From the IMG/VR virus record IMGVR_UViG_3300031087_000494: a DNA stretch of 64,000 nucleotides; one strand, written 5' to 3'. Position numbers and translations under genes: made by a program. The notes under the pieces were generated by a model. It searched no databases, was not told the DNA's origin, and saw nothing but the letters and a program-made list of their open reading frames with translations. This document shows positions 48,157 to 57,592 of the stretch, one piece after another. Origin of the DNA: an uncultured virus (IMG/VR IMGVR_UViG_3300031087_000494) (lineage: Duplodnaviria; Heunggongvirae; Uroviricota; Caudoviricetes). How positions within the stretch are numbered: position 1 is the stretch's first letter; each line of letters opens with the position of its first letter.

Positions 48157-49029
48157 ATGGCAGATCACGCAGCACTCGTACCCAGTTTCCGAGACTTCAG
48201 CTACCTCCGCAACTCCACCGACGAGAAGGCAGAGAGACTCCCCAAGCCCACAGTCCAGGAAGTGGCGCAGATCCTCGAGCACAGCCCCGCTGGCAAGCTC
48301 GGTCAGGCTGTCAACACCGAGGGCTGGCCCTGGCTCGAGCGGATGGGCTTCATGGATGCCGTGATCCCCGGTATCCTCTTTCACAGCCTCGGCGGCTTAG
48401 TGCCATTCCAGGCCGACGGCACCTGGGGACCCTACGAGTTCTACTACCGGGAGCGCCACGGCCACGCTACGCTTCGGCTTACGCCCATCGCCACCTTCCC
48501 AGGAGCCTGGAATGCCCTCTACAGCGCTAAGGCCGATGCTCCTGAATTCGCTGGAACCACGGGTTGGCTTACGCGCTTCCTCGAGCTCTGGGAGCAGCTA
48601 TCCGTGGCACCTTTTCTCTACAAGTTCCAGGCTCGGGATGTGAACATCCGTAAGACCGGCGAAGGTGAGAACGCCACGCGGGAGCTCGTCTTCGGTGAGG
48701 GCTTCACCGAAGTGGCTGGCTGGGGATTCACGGCCGAAGAGGCACGCAGTGATGCTCTCAGTGTGGTGCCCTTCTACGAGGAGCAGTTCGGCTGGACTCC
48801 CGGGCTCCAGGAGGCCCGCTTCGAGGCCATGGAGGTAGCTGAGCTTCCCCTGAACTCAGATGAGCGGGTCTTCCCGGAGGAACAGCCTCGCTTCGAGGTC
48901 AATCGGGGCGCGCTGGCCGTTCCAGAGGAGCTCAGCAAGTTCACCGAGGAGTACATCGCTCCGGAGCGCAAGGCTGGCTCCACCGTGGGAGTCGCCAATG
49001 AGCTTTCGGGCGCACTCACTGCACCCTAG
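48157..49029 (+). CDS. Hypothetical protein (leaderless)
   Basis: TAGGAT -10 element; VPFQADG..FYYRERHG motif. Confidence 0.75.
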   Translation: MADHAALVPSFRDFSYLRNSTDEKAERLPKPTVQEVAQILEHSPAGKLGQAVNTEGWPWLERMGFMDAVIPGILFHSLGGLVPFQADGTWGPYEFYYRERHGHATLRLTPIATFPGAWNALYSAKADAPEFAGTTGWLTRFLELWEQLSVAPFLYKFQARDVNIRKTGEGENATRELVFGEGFTEVAGWGFTAEEARSDALSVVPFYEEQFGWTPGLQEARFEAMEVAELPLNSDERVFPEEQPRFEVNRGALAVPEELSKFTEEYIAPERKAGSTVGVANELSGALTAP

Positions 49030-49152
49030 GCTGCCCGCTATGACGGCTTCAAGCCCTAGGCGCATCGTTGCTCATCGAGCAAGCGCTGTGGGCTTAGGCT
49101 GTCGCCTGTGATAGACCAACTGTACGAATCTGACAGAACAAAGGAGAGCACT

Positions 49153-49458
49153 ATGACCACGACCGAAGATTTCGCTAAGGTTGCTCAGAAGAAGGCCCAG
49201 CAGGCCGCCAAGAAGCTCGGCAAGTCCACTCAGCGTGTCCACAAGGGTGCCGCCAAGAACATCAACCGCTACAGCAAGAAGCTCTCGAAGGACGCCCGTG
49301 CCCTGAAGAAGACCGCTGAGCAGAACTACGGCAAGCTCAACCACAACCAGAAGATCGGCGTGGTGGGCGCAGTGATCCTCGGCGTTTCTCTCGTGAGTGC
49401 AGTAGCTGGCTATGTGAGTGCCAAGAAGGACCAGCGCGAAGAGCACCGGGAGGATTGA
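49153..49458 (+). CDS. Small basic membrane-anchored protein
   Basis: AAGGAG RBS; Lys-rich with C-terminal TM segment. Confidence 0.7.
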   Translation: MTTTEDFAKVAQKKAQQAAKKLGKSTQRVHKGAAKNINRYSKKLSKDARALKKTAEQNYGKLNHNQKIGVVGAVILGVSLVSAVAGYVSAKKDQREEHRED

Positions 49459-49483
49459 CACTTCGGGCTCGAGGGCATAGGAT
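49455..49483 (+). promoter_or_regulatory. SigA-type promoter
   Basis: TTGACA-17nt-TAGGAT. Confidence 0.8.
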
Positions 49484-49524
49484 GATCCTAGAACATCATC
49501 TCTCTACCTAGATAGGAGCGCCTC

Positions 49525-50025
49525 ATGGCGACCCTCGAGCTCAAGTTCGGCGACCTCTTTCACAGCGATGCCGACGCCGTAGGCCACGGGACCAACACCC
49601 ACGGCCTCATGGGCGCCGGCATCGCTGTTCTCTTCAAGCGGCGCCACCCCCAGATGCACGCTCACTACAAGCGGCTCTGCGAGATCTTCGGCGACACCTT
49701 GGGTGGCCACGCTCAGCTCTACTTCTCGGACGACGAGGCAGAGGGTTACCGCTACATCGCCAACATCTTCTCACAGCGTGCTCCGGGTGCCAGCGCCTCG
49801 GTGAAGCTCCTCGTGAGCGGCGTTCGAGACGCCTTCATCAAGCTCTTCGGAGATGAGGAAATCGAGAACCCCCACCTGGCCATCCCCCTCATCGGCTGTG
49901 GCATCGGCGGCCTCGACTGGGAGACCGAAGTTCACCCCGCCCTCGAGGAGCTCGCAGCAGCACTCCCGAAGGACTGGAAGCTCACCGTGGTGAGCAACGA
50001 GGAGCGAGAGGGGTTCTCGGCGTGA
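49525..50025 (+). CDS. Macrodomain (ADP-ribose processing) protein
   Basis: GDLF, N..G.MGAGIA..FK, AIPLIGCGIGGLDW. Confidence 0.9.
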   Translation: MATLELKFGDLFHSDADAVGHGTNTHGLMGAGIAVLFKRRHPQMHAHYKRLCEIFGDTLGGHAQLYFSDDEAEGYRYIANIFSQRAPGASASVKLLVSGVRDAFIKLFGDEEIENPHLAIPLIGCGIGGLDWETEVHPALEELAAALPKDWKLTVVSNEEREGFSA

Positions 50026-50504
50026 GCCGCTTCGATCACATCTTCAACCGGCTCAACCTGGAAGAGAAGGCTCGGGCCTTCGATCATGCCAAGAGCCGGG
50101 GCTACATCATCACCACCATCGCTGAAGAAGCTGTCTTCGCACCGGTAGTTCCCATCGAGGTCATCCCCGCGGATGAGATTCCCCGGAGCCACTTCGCTCA
50201 GCTCAACGATGAGACCTTCGAGTCGTTGAAGGGCTACTACAGGGTCACAGACGCCAAGGACACCGAGATCTATCCGCCGCTGGGCTACACTCCCTCGGTT
50301 CGCCAGGAAGAGAAGGAGGCTGCTTCCTTCCTGCGCTACATGCTGACAGTGGCTGACAAGGACGGGATCGAGAGAGCTATCGAGAATGGCTATCCCCTGG
50401 CGAAGCTGGAGCTACCGGCAAAGACTCGGGGTAACACTGGTCGACGGGCTGGTGATTCGAAGCGTCAGGGTCTCAAGTCCCGGTTGACTTCTCTCTTCTC
50501 GTAG
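50022..50504 (+). CDS. Hypothetical protein
   Basis: GTGA overlap with upstream gene. Confidence 0.65.
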   Translation: MSRFDHIFNRLNLEEKARAFDHAKSRGYIITTIAEEAVFAPVVPIEVIPADEIPRSHFAQLNDETFESLKGYYRVTDAKDTEIYPPLGYTPSVRQEEKEAASFLRYMLTVADKDGIERAIENGYPLAKLELPAKTRGNTGRRAGDSKRQGLKSRLTSLFS

Positions 50505-50557
50505 CGTAGGATTGCACCAATGCAATCTATCCGCACTTTCAAGAAAGGGGCCTGAGC

Positions 50558-51253
50558 ATGGTTCAGTACTGGCTGGGCGACCCCCACTTCGGCCACGAGA
50601 AGGTCTCGGGCATCCGAGGCTTCGCTTCCACCGACGAGCACGACGACCACCTCCTCGAGCAGCTCTCCGTGCTCAAGGACGACGACACGATCTACTTCCT
50701 CGGGGACCTCTCCTCGGGCCGTGACGCGGCTGAGACTCGAGCCCTGGAGCTCATCTCCGGGCTCAAGGGCACGAAGCACCTCATGGCTGGCAACCACGAC
50801 TCGGTTTCCTCCATCCACAAGAATGGCTGGAAGAGCCAGCGGCGCTACCTGGAGGTCTTTGACTCGGTTCGGGACTACGGTCAGTTCGCCATGGAGCGGG
50901 AGAAGGTACTCATGAGCCACTTCCCCTACGCTGCCATGGGTGACGGGGACGGCCGGGACAGCAACCCTCGCTACTTGGCCTTCCGGCTTCCGGATGTGGG
51001 GCTCCCGCTGATCCACGCCCACACCCACCAGGTTCACCCGTTCTCACTCCTGCGAGAGGCTACGGTGCACCCGGTGGCCTTCGAGGGCTACGACCTCAAC
51101 TCCATGTGCGTCTCCTGGGATGCACGCCGGGGGCTCACCACGGAGCGCGAGGTCAAGGAGTGGCTCCTGGCTCGAGACCAGGTCAAGCGGGACCAGGAGA
51201 TGGAGCGCGTCCGTAGCTTCTGGGGAGCCTTCCCGAAGCCCCAGCTCGGCTGA
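50558..51253 (+). CDS. Calcineurin-like metallophosphoesterase
   Basis: GDPHFGH, LGD, GNHD, SHFP, HAHTH. Confidence 0.9.
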   Translation: MVQYWLGDPHFGHEKVSGIRGFASTDEHDDHLLEQLSVLKDDDTIYFLGDLSSGRDAAETRALELISGLKGTKHLMAGNHDSVSSIHKNGWKSQRRYLEVFDSVRDYGQFAMEREKVLMSHFPYAAMGDGDGRDSNPRYLAFRLPDVGLPLIHAHTHQVHPFSLLREATVHPVAFEGYDLNSMCVSWDARRGLTTEREVKEWLLARDQVKRDQEMERVRSFWGAFPKPQLG

Positions 51254-51346
51254 TCTCCGCAGAAAGTAATCGCACCGAGGGAGCACTGTGCCTGTTTACA
51301 AGATGATCGCAGTGCTCCCTCCGCTATCCCCTAGAAAGGAACCGCC

Positions 51347-51739
51347 ATGGGGAACTCAGCCAAGCACATCGAGGGAGATGAGCTTCGAGACCTCTACGAG
51401 CGCAGCGGGCTTTCGACGCTGCAGTTCGCTCGGCTCTTCGGCACCTATGAGCGTCCCATGGTCGGAGCGCTCACCGGAGCCGGACTTCAGGGCGAGTGGA
51501 AAGTCGAGCAGTACGAGCGGCTCAGTCGACTCGTTGCAGAGATTGAGTTCGAGGGTATCCGGGAGCTCACTCCTCTAGTGGCCTTCAACTCGCCGAAGCT
51601 TCGAGAGTTCGTTCGAGCTGCACTTCTCAGGAGCAGCGGAGGTCGGTCTCCCTTCCATCGGCTCCTTGCGGAAGTCGTCCGTCCTCAGCAGATCCAGTTT
51701 CAGGCTCTAAGTGTACGGGATAGGCTCGGTGTTTCCTGA
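51347..51739 (+). CDS. Putative HTH DNA-binding protein
   Basis: LRDLYERSGLSTLQFARLFG. Confidence 0.55.
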   Translation: MGNSAKHIEGDELRDLYERSGLSTLQFARLFGTYERPMVGALTGAGLQGEWKVEQYERLSRLVAEIEFEGIRELTPLVAFNSPKLREFVRAALLRSSGGRSPFHRLLAEVVRPQQIQFQALSVRDRLGVS

Positions 51740-51788
51740 GGTCCTTGCTTCGATACAGTTGATCGCAGAACACCAGAAGGAGACTCCA

Positions 51789-52124
51789 ATGGCCAAGAAG
51801 AGCAAGCAGAAGCCCCTCACGGGTAGCGTCGATGTCCGCGGTGGTGCCGATCCCCTCGCTCAGTGGGAGCTCGAGCTCCTCGGGGCTCAGCTCCAGGGCA
51901 AGGGCCGGCGAGGCGGCGGCCGTGTTCGCCCGGGTGCTCGACTTCGCGCCAATCAGCAGAGGCTCAACCGCCTCGGCAAGAAGCCCAAGACCGCTGCGGA
52001 TGCTGAGTTCAGCCGCAGCCAGGCGGCCGCCCATAAGCGTGGAGGCTACACCTCCCAGTACAAGCCCCGGAAGAGCCGTCGGGCCATCAAGCGTGAGCTC
52101 TACGGTCCACAGTCCGAGGACTGA
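51789..52124 (+). CDS. Highly basic small protein
   Basis: AAGGAG RBS; Arg/Lys-rich. Confidence 0.7.
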   Translation: MAKKSKQKPLTGSVDVRGGADPLAQWELELLGAQLQGKGRRGGGRVRPGARLRANQQRLNRLGKKPKTAADAEFSRSQAAAHKRGGYTSQYKPRKSRRAIKRELYGPQSED

Positions 52125-52163
52125 CGCCACTACCCTCGCATAGCTGAGCCAAGAGAAAGGTCC

Positions 52164-52460
52164 ACTGCGGCCAACAAGCAGAAGAAGCCCTCCCTGTTCA
52201 GGCGCCGGCGAGCCGAGCGGCTCGTCGAGACCATCTCCGACGCTGAGCTCTTCGTGGTGCTCTACTGGCCCGATCCCAGCCACCATGTGCCCGAGGTCAA
52301 GGGACCCTACTTCAGCAACGACCACGCCCTGAGCGTTCGGGACAATCTTCGCTCGATTCAGAAGCGGGAAGAGAAGATGGCTCAGGCTATGCCCCTCGCT
52401 CGCTATCCCCACGGAAAGAACTCCCACGACCGGGGTGAGCTCACTCGTTTCAGCGGTTGA
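52164..52460 (+). CDS. Hypothetical ORF without a canonical start, in frame with the upstream gene
   Basis: Coding-like codons from ~52164; frame open from 52125; start uncertain. Confidence 0.4.
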   Translation, partial: TAANKQKKPSLFRRRRAERLVETISDAELFVVLYWPDPSHHVPEVKGPYFSNDHALSVRDNLRSIQKREEKMAQAMPLARYPHGKNSHDRGELTRFSG

Positions 52461-52485
52461 CAGCAGGACTCTGTCCGTATAGAGT
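52457..52485 (+). promoter_or_regulatory. SigA-type promoter
   Basis: TTGACA-17nt-TAGAGT. Confidence 0.8.
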
Positions 52486-52552
52486 GGTGCACGATCTCAT
52501 CCACCACTAGGAGGCCGTAGGCTGCCTCCTAAGCCACAGAAAGGCCGCAGCC

Positions 52553-53389
52553 ATGCGCGCCATCACTGCTCCCAATTACGGGCTCCTAGGGGTCATGGGC
52601 GATGTGCACTCCCACGCACCCTGGACCCTGCAGGCCATCGAGCGCTTCGCGGCCCTGGGAGTGACTCACATCCTGCAGGTCGGTGACTTCGGAGTCTGGC
52701 CCACGGAGACCGGAGAGAACTTCCTCCGGGTTGTGAACCGCAAGCTTCTCGAGCTCGGCGTGCTCATGGTTGTGGTTCCCGGCAATCACGAGAACTACAC
52801 TCGCCTCGAGAACGAGCTCCGGCCGGCAATCCATGACGGCAGCTTTCTGCAACTTCCGGAGTACGACGGGATCCTCTTCGCTGATCGCGGTCAGCGCTGG
52901 AACTGGGACGACACCGATTTCTGCGCCCTCGGTGGAGCCAACTCCATCAACAAGGACAGCCTCGTACCCTTCGTGAGCTGGTGGCCTCAGGAGTCCATCA
53001 GCCTCGGAGATGTCTACCGCACGGTGGCCGGCGGTCGAGCCGACATCATGCTCACCCATGAGGTTCCCGACGGTGTGCCCATCGTCCAGGAAGTCAGCCA
53101 CCACGGTGAGGATCAGGGCTGGAGCCCCGAGGCTCTCGGCTACGCCCAGGATTCTCGGGCCATGCTCCGACAGGCTGTGGACACCGTGCAGCCTGAGCTC
53201 CTGATCCACGGCCACTACCATGTGTTTGCGGATCTCCATGTGGAGCTCGGAGTGCTCGGCACCGACGAGTCCTACGCCATGCGCTCGGTCTGCTTGGACA
53301 TGGAGGAGACTCCTGGCAACATGGCTCTCCTTCAGCCCCGAGCCCGCAGGCTCACCAGGTACGACGACTGGATGGCTCAGAACAGCTGA
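52553..53389 (+). CDS. Calcineurin-like metallophosphoesterase
   Basis: GDVH, VGDFG, PGNHE, GGANSI, LTHE, HGHYH. Confidence 0.9.
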   Translation: MRAITAPNYGLLGVMGDVHSHAPWTLQAIERFAALGVTHILQVGDFGVWPTETGENFLRVVNRKLLELGVLMVVVPGNHENYTRLENELRPAIHDGSFLQLPEYDGILFADRGQRWNWDDTDFCALGGANSINKDSLVPFVSWWPQESISLGDVYRTVAGGRADIMLTHEVPDGVPIVQEVSHHGEDQGWSPEALGYAQDSRAMLRQAVDTVQPELLIHGHYHVFADLHVELGVLGTDESYAMRSVCLDMEETPGNMALLQPRARRLTRYDDWMAQNS

Positions 53390-53404
53390 GTAGTCCGCAG
53401 CGAG

Positions 53405-53447
53405 TTGCCTCTGGGTCCATCAGTGTGTACGATGGACCCAGAGGCAA
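53405..53447 (+). promoter_or_regulatory. SigA-type promoter embedded in a 17-bp perfect inverted repeat
   Basis: TTGCCT-17nt-TACGAT; arms 53405-53421 and 53431-53447. Confidence 0.6.
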
Positions 53448-53471
53448 TTGCCCACGAGATAGGAGACGGAG

Positions 53472-54059
53472 ATGACCAGCTTCGATAGCGCAGCGCTCTG
53501 CGCGAAGCGTCCAGTGTTCTATCTCGACTGGGACGGTGTAGTCAACTTCTTCGGAAGCCGCAATCAGTACCTCAAGAAGGCTGGCTTCGGCTACCTTCGC
53601 CGCGGTTCCGCCATGCCCCGCCCCGCCGACCTGCCACCGGGAGGCCTAAGCTTCGGCCCCTTTCCCCTCAACTGGTCGGCCGAGCTCCTCCGCAAGCTCG
53701 CAGCTCTTCCCGTGGACATCGTCTTTCTGAGCACCTGGCGACACTCCTTCTCTGAGCTCCTCAGCGCAACGCAGTGGGAGCTGGAGAACTACCGGGTCCT
53801 CGACTGGACGGATGGCCCCAAGGGCTCTGAGCACGCTGGCAAGGTGCCCGCACTGGTGGCCGATCAGCTCGCCGATCCCCGGCCCTTCATCTGGGCAGAT
53901 GACGAAGCTCACAGCTTCTACGGTGAGGAAGATCGGGCCAAGCTCGCCGGCATCCCCCAGCTCCTCCTTGCCCCGGACGAGGCGCTCGGACTCACGGCCG
54001 CCGACTATGCGGCAGTGCTGGATTTCCTCTACGACCTCAATGCTCTAGGGGAGGCCTAG
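53472..54059 (+). CDS. HAD-family phosphatase (Swiss-army-knife RNA-repair type)
   Basis: LDWDGVVN, LSTW, K, FIWADDE, GLT. Confidence 0.8.
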   Translation: MTSFDSAALCAKRPVFYLDWDGVVNFFGSRNQYLKKAGFGYLRRGSAMPRPADLPPGGLSFGPFPLNWSAELLRKLAALPVDIVFLSTWRHSFSELLSATQWELENYRVLDWTDGPKGSEHAGKVPALVADQLADPRPFIWADDEAHSFYGEEDRAKLAGIPQLLLAPDEALGLTAADYAAVLDFLYDLNALGEA

Positions 54060-54062
54060 CCC

Positions 54063-56858
54063 GTGACCATCTTCCAGAGGACCGAGGTCTCGGTGGAGGA
54101 TCTCCTTCGGGAGTTCTATGAGGCACCTGACTTCAGCTTCCTCCAGCACTGGGATGGAGAGAGCTCGATCTTTCCTCGGCTCAACGGCGCTCCGATCCGC
54201 CCCCTGGACCTCAAGGGTGCGGATCGGAGCAAGCTCGAGGCAGCGGTCGCATCGGCCCGTCGGCTCGAACCCCTCCTCGCCGAAACCGGTCCCGAGCTCC
54301 GAGCGAACCGCGGATCCTTCAGCAACTCGATCTCTACCTTCCAGCGCGACGGTGAGCTCTCGGTGGTGGCCATCCCCGTGACCGGGGAAACTCGCCGCAG
54401 CCTCGCTGGCTTCCTCCTCGCCCGGGAGCTCATGGCCTTCGGCAATGCTGAACAGTTCTTCGAAGAGCTTCGAGACCTCGAGGTTCTTGCCGACGGAGCA
54501 CAGCGCGCGCTGAGCCACAAAAGGCGCTGGTGGAAGCGCCGGGACGACAGCGATCTCGAGATCGACCTTCGCCGGGCTTCCCAGCTCCTCCTTGCGGCAG
54601 AGGCCACCGGGCCCTCCCAGCTCGGCCGCATCGTCGGCAATCTCGAGGGCCGCATCGCCCTCGCCACGGCGGAGAAGCCCTCCGTGAGCGATTGGCAGCA
54701 TGCTCTCCTGAAGCTCGAATCAGTGAGCCAGCTCCCCAAGAGCGCGGTGGTCTCAACCATCGAGATCAGCGAGTCCGGCGAGCTCACGAAGACTCTGGAT
54801 GCAATCGCTGTGGGCTTCCACCGGCTCGATCAGCGGCGCATAGTCCTCGAGAACAGCCTGGACACGCTGAAGGCAGCCAAGGTGCAGGACTACGCTCGCA
54901 GCTTCAGCCTCGAGAGCTTCGCCCAGCGAGTCAAGGGCAAGGGCTTCCCCCGCAAGACCCTGGAGCGCATGGTCCTCGATGACCGGCGCCGCTTCAGCGT
55001 CGAGGAAGACCGCTCTCCGAGCATCGGAGATGTGCTCGACCTCGCAGAGCACAGCCCAAGCCTCTTCCGCAACAAGTCCATGGGCTCAGCCCTGAAGCTC
55101 CTCCAGGACTTCTTCGAGGATCAGAAAAACCTGCTCAGCTACCCTCGGCTCACCGACAGTGGCGATGCCTTCGACAGCTTCCTCGTGGCGGCCCACGAGC
55201 TCACCCTGGAGCAGACCCGACCCTATCCCGTGCGGGCTCAGTTCGATGTGCTCTACAAGCTCCTCCAGGGTTCACCCAACGAGCTCCATCTCATCGGTCG
55301 CACCAAGGAGTCCATTTCCAGGCTCATCGGCTCTGTCAATCTCTACTCAGATGCTGACAGGCGAGCAAGACTCTCGGCAGAAGCTGAGGTGTCCACGGTG
55401 GAGCGCGCTCGAGACTTCTTCCAGGCGAACCCCGCGAGCTTCCAGTCGGTGCTCTCCAACCTGGGCTTCAATGCGCTCTCCCTGGAGCAGATCTCCGGCT
55501 TCCTCGCACCCGAGCTCACCTCGAAGATCAAGAACCTGGATCTCGACCTCGCGGGCATGCGCTCACAGCTTCGCTCCTACCAGAGCTTCGGAGCCCAGTA
55601 TGCGCTGAACCAGAAGCGCGTGATCCTCGGCGACGAGATGGGCCTCGGGAAGACCGTGACCGCTCTGGCCCTCGCCAAGCACCTGAGCAATGAGGGCGCG
55701 CAGCGCATCCTTGTGGTGGTGCCCCTGGCCGTGCTCGAGAACTGGCGGCGCGAGGTGCTCAAGCACACTGACTACACGCCTCGGGTGCTCTACGGAGAGA
55801 GCTTGGACGATGATCTCGATCTCTGGGTGCAGTCCGGTGGGCTGGCTCTGGCCACCTTCGAGAGCATTCAGCGAGTCAACCAGCGGGATGTGCTCGCGGC
55901 GCTGAACTCCATCGACCTCACGGTGGTGGATGAGGCTCACCTGATCAAGAATCCCAGGACCAAGCGCACCCGGGCTGTGGTCCCCTGGCTCGGTGGCTCC
56001 GAGCGCGCACTGCTCATGACGGGCACTCCCCTGGAGAACAGCCTCGATGAGTTCGTGCAGCTCATCCGCTATGTGCAGCCCAACCTGCAGCTTCCAGAAG
56101 ACATGCTCGACTATGCTGCCTTCCGGAAGGCCATCGCGCCGGTCTACCTCCGCCGCAACCAGGTCGATGTGCTCCAGGAGCTCCCTGAGCTTCAGGTCGA
56201 CGAGGACTTCATCGAGCTCTCTGAGGCCGATGTGGAGAACTACAAGCGCGCCCTGGCTAAGCGAGATTGGCACGGAGCTCGCCAGGCCCGGGTGCTCGCC
56301 GGAGAGAAGTCCTCTACAGTCCAATGGATCCAGAGCACCGTTAAGGAGTCCGTGGACAATGGCCACAAGGTGCTGATCTTCAGCTACTACCTGGACACCA
56401 TCGCCGTGCTCCAGCGCTGCCTCAGCGAGGATGATCCCTACACTCCGCTCACCGGAGCCCTGAGCTCCAAGGAACGGCAGGAAATGGTGGACAAGTTCAC
56501 CGAAGCCAAGGAACCAGGCGTACTTCTCGCCCAGGCCAGCGCCGGTGGAACGGGGCTCAACATCCAGGCAGCATCGGTGGTCATCATCGTCGAGCCTCAG
56601 CTCAAGCCCTCCATCGAGGATCAGATGATCGGCCGATCCCACCGCATGGGTCAGACCAAGGCCGTCCGGGTCATCAAGCTCCGCGGAGCGAACACTACGG
56701 ACGAGCGCTGGGTTGCACTTGTAGAGGAAAAGCGTAAGGTATTCTCTGCGACCGCTGGAATCTCAGATGCGGCCGCCCTCGACAGCGCACTAGAAGGTGC
56801 CGGTAGCTCCAGGGAGATCATGGAGGCCGAGCGCAGGGCCTGGGGAATCGACTCATGA
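54063..56858 (+). CDS. SNF2-family helicase/ATPase
   Basis: LRSYQ, LGDEMGLGKT, DEAHLIKN, TGTPLEN, GGTGLNIQAAS, QMIGRSHRMGQ. Confidence 0.95.
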   Translation: MTIFQRTEVSVEDLLREFYEAPDFSFLQHWDGESSIFPRLNGAPIRPLDLKGADRSKLEAAVASARRLEPLLAETGPELRANRGSFSNSISTFQRDGELSVVAIPVTGETRRSLAGFLLARELMAFGNAEQFFEELRDLEVLADGAQRALSHKRRWWKRRDDSDLEIDLRRASQLLLAAEATGPSQLGRIVGNLEGRIALATAEKPSVSDWQHALLKLESVSQLPKSAVVSTIEISESGELTKTLDAIAVGFHRLDQRRIVLENSLDTLKAAKVQDYARSFSLESFAQRVKGKGFPRKTLERMVLDDRRRFSVEEDRSPSIGDVLDLAEHSPSLFRNKSMGSALKLLQDFFEDQKNLLSYPRLTDSGDAFDSFLVAAHELTLEQTRPYPVRAQFDVLYKLLQGSPNELHLIGRTKESISRLIGSVNLYSDADRRARLSAEAEVSTVERARDFFQANPASFQSVLSNLGFNALSLEQISGFLAPELTSKIKNLDLDLAGMRSQLRSYQSFGAQYALNQKRVILGDEMGLGKTVTALALAKHLSNEGAQRILVVVPLAVLENWRREVLKHTDYTPRVLYGESLDDDLDLWVQSGGLALATFESIQRVNQRDVLAALNSIDLTVVDEAHLIKNPRTKRTRAVVPWLGGSERALLMTGTPLENSLDEFVQLIRYVQPNLQLPEDMLDYAAFRKAIAPVYLRRNQVDVLQELPELQVDEDFIELSEADVENYKRALAKRDWHGARQARVLAGEKSSTVQWIQSTVKESVDNGHKVLIFSYYLDTIAVLQRCLSEDDPYTPLTGALSSKERQEMVDKFTEAKEPGVLLAQASAGGTGLNIQAASVVIIVEPQLKPSIEDQMIGRSHRMGQTKAVRVIKLRGANTTDERWVALVEEKRKVFSATAGISDAAALDSALEGAGSSREIMEAERRAWGIDS

Positions 56859-57514
56859 GTAAGGAAACGAGAAGGACTGTGAACAGGACTCGAGCACTCA
56901 TCGGCAGCGGAGTGATCGCGGCGAGCTCCATCGGCTCTGCGATCTTCCTCGCGGTGGCTCCCAGCGTGTTCCTCACGGCGACTCCGAGCACCGTCGCCAT
57001 CGGCCTTGGAGCCATCGGCATCGGATCGACGCTCATCGCCTCCCGGTCGAAGAAGAGGGCAGTGGAGAGCTCAGCCGTCAGTGCTCTCACCATGGGGAGT
57101 CAGATCTCCGAGGAGCTCCGGGAGAAGGTCGCTGAGCTCCACGGACTCGCTCAGGTCTACGAGGAGCGCAACAGTCCCCTGTTCCCCGCGGTCAATGGTG
57201 TCCTCGCCAATGTGCAGGAGCTCTTCGAGCGCATGGGTACCCACACCGATGAGCAGTCTGCCCGCATCGCAGGAGTCCGCTACACGGACACGCTCACCAA
57301 GCTCAACCGGGCGCTGGGTAGGAACTACTACCTCGACATCGAGGCCCATCCGGAGCTCTGGAGCGATCCCGATGGTCGCATGGAGGCAGTGGAGACAGCT
57401 GTCAACGCCACCGGAGAACAGATCCTCCGCAACATCCGAGAGCTCAACAGCAGCCGGGATCTCATCTACCAGCTTTCCCTGGACGCCCTCGAGCGCTCTG
57501 CCGCCAACAGCTAA
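56855..57514 (+). CDS. Membrane protein (2 N-terminal TM segments, helical C-terminus)
   Basis: ATGA overlap; hydrophobic N-terminus. Confidence 0.7.
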   Translation: MSKETRRTVNRTRALIGSGVIAASSIGSAIFLAVAPSVFLTATPSTVAIGLGAIGIGSTLIASRSKKRAVESSAVSALTMGSQISEELREKVAELHGLAQVYEERNSPLFPAVNGVLANVQELFERMGTHTDEQSARIAGVRYTDTLTKLNRALGRNYYLDIEAHPELWSDPDGRMEAVETAVNATGEQILRNIRELNSSRDLIYQLSLDALERSAANS

Positions 57515-57592
57515 AGATCAGTTTGCCACAGTTTCGAACTTGGTGTAGGATCGAAACTAACACTGTCCACACCGAAAGAGAGGGAGACAGCT

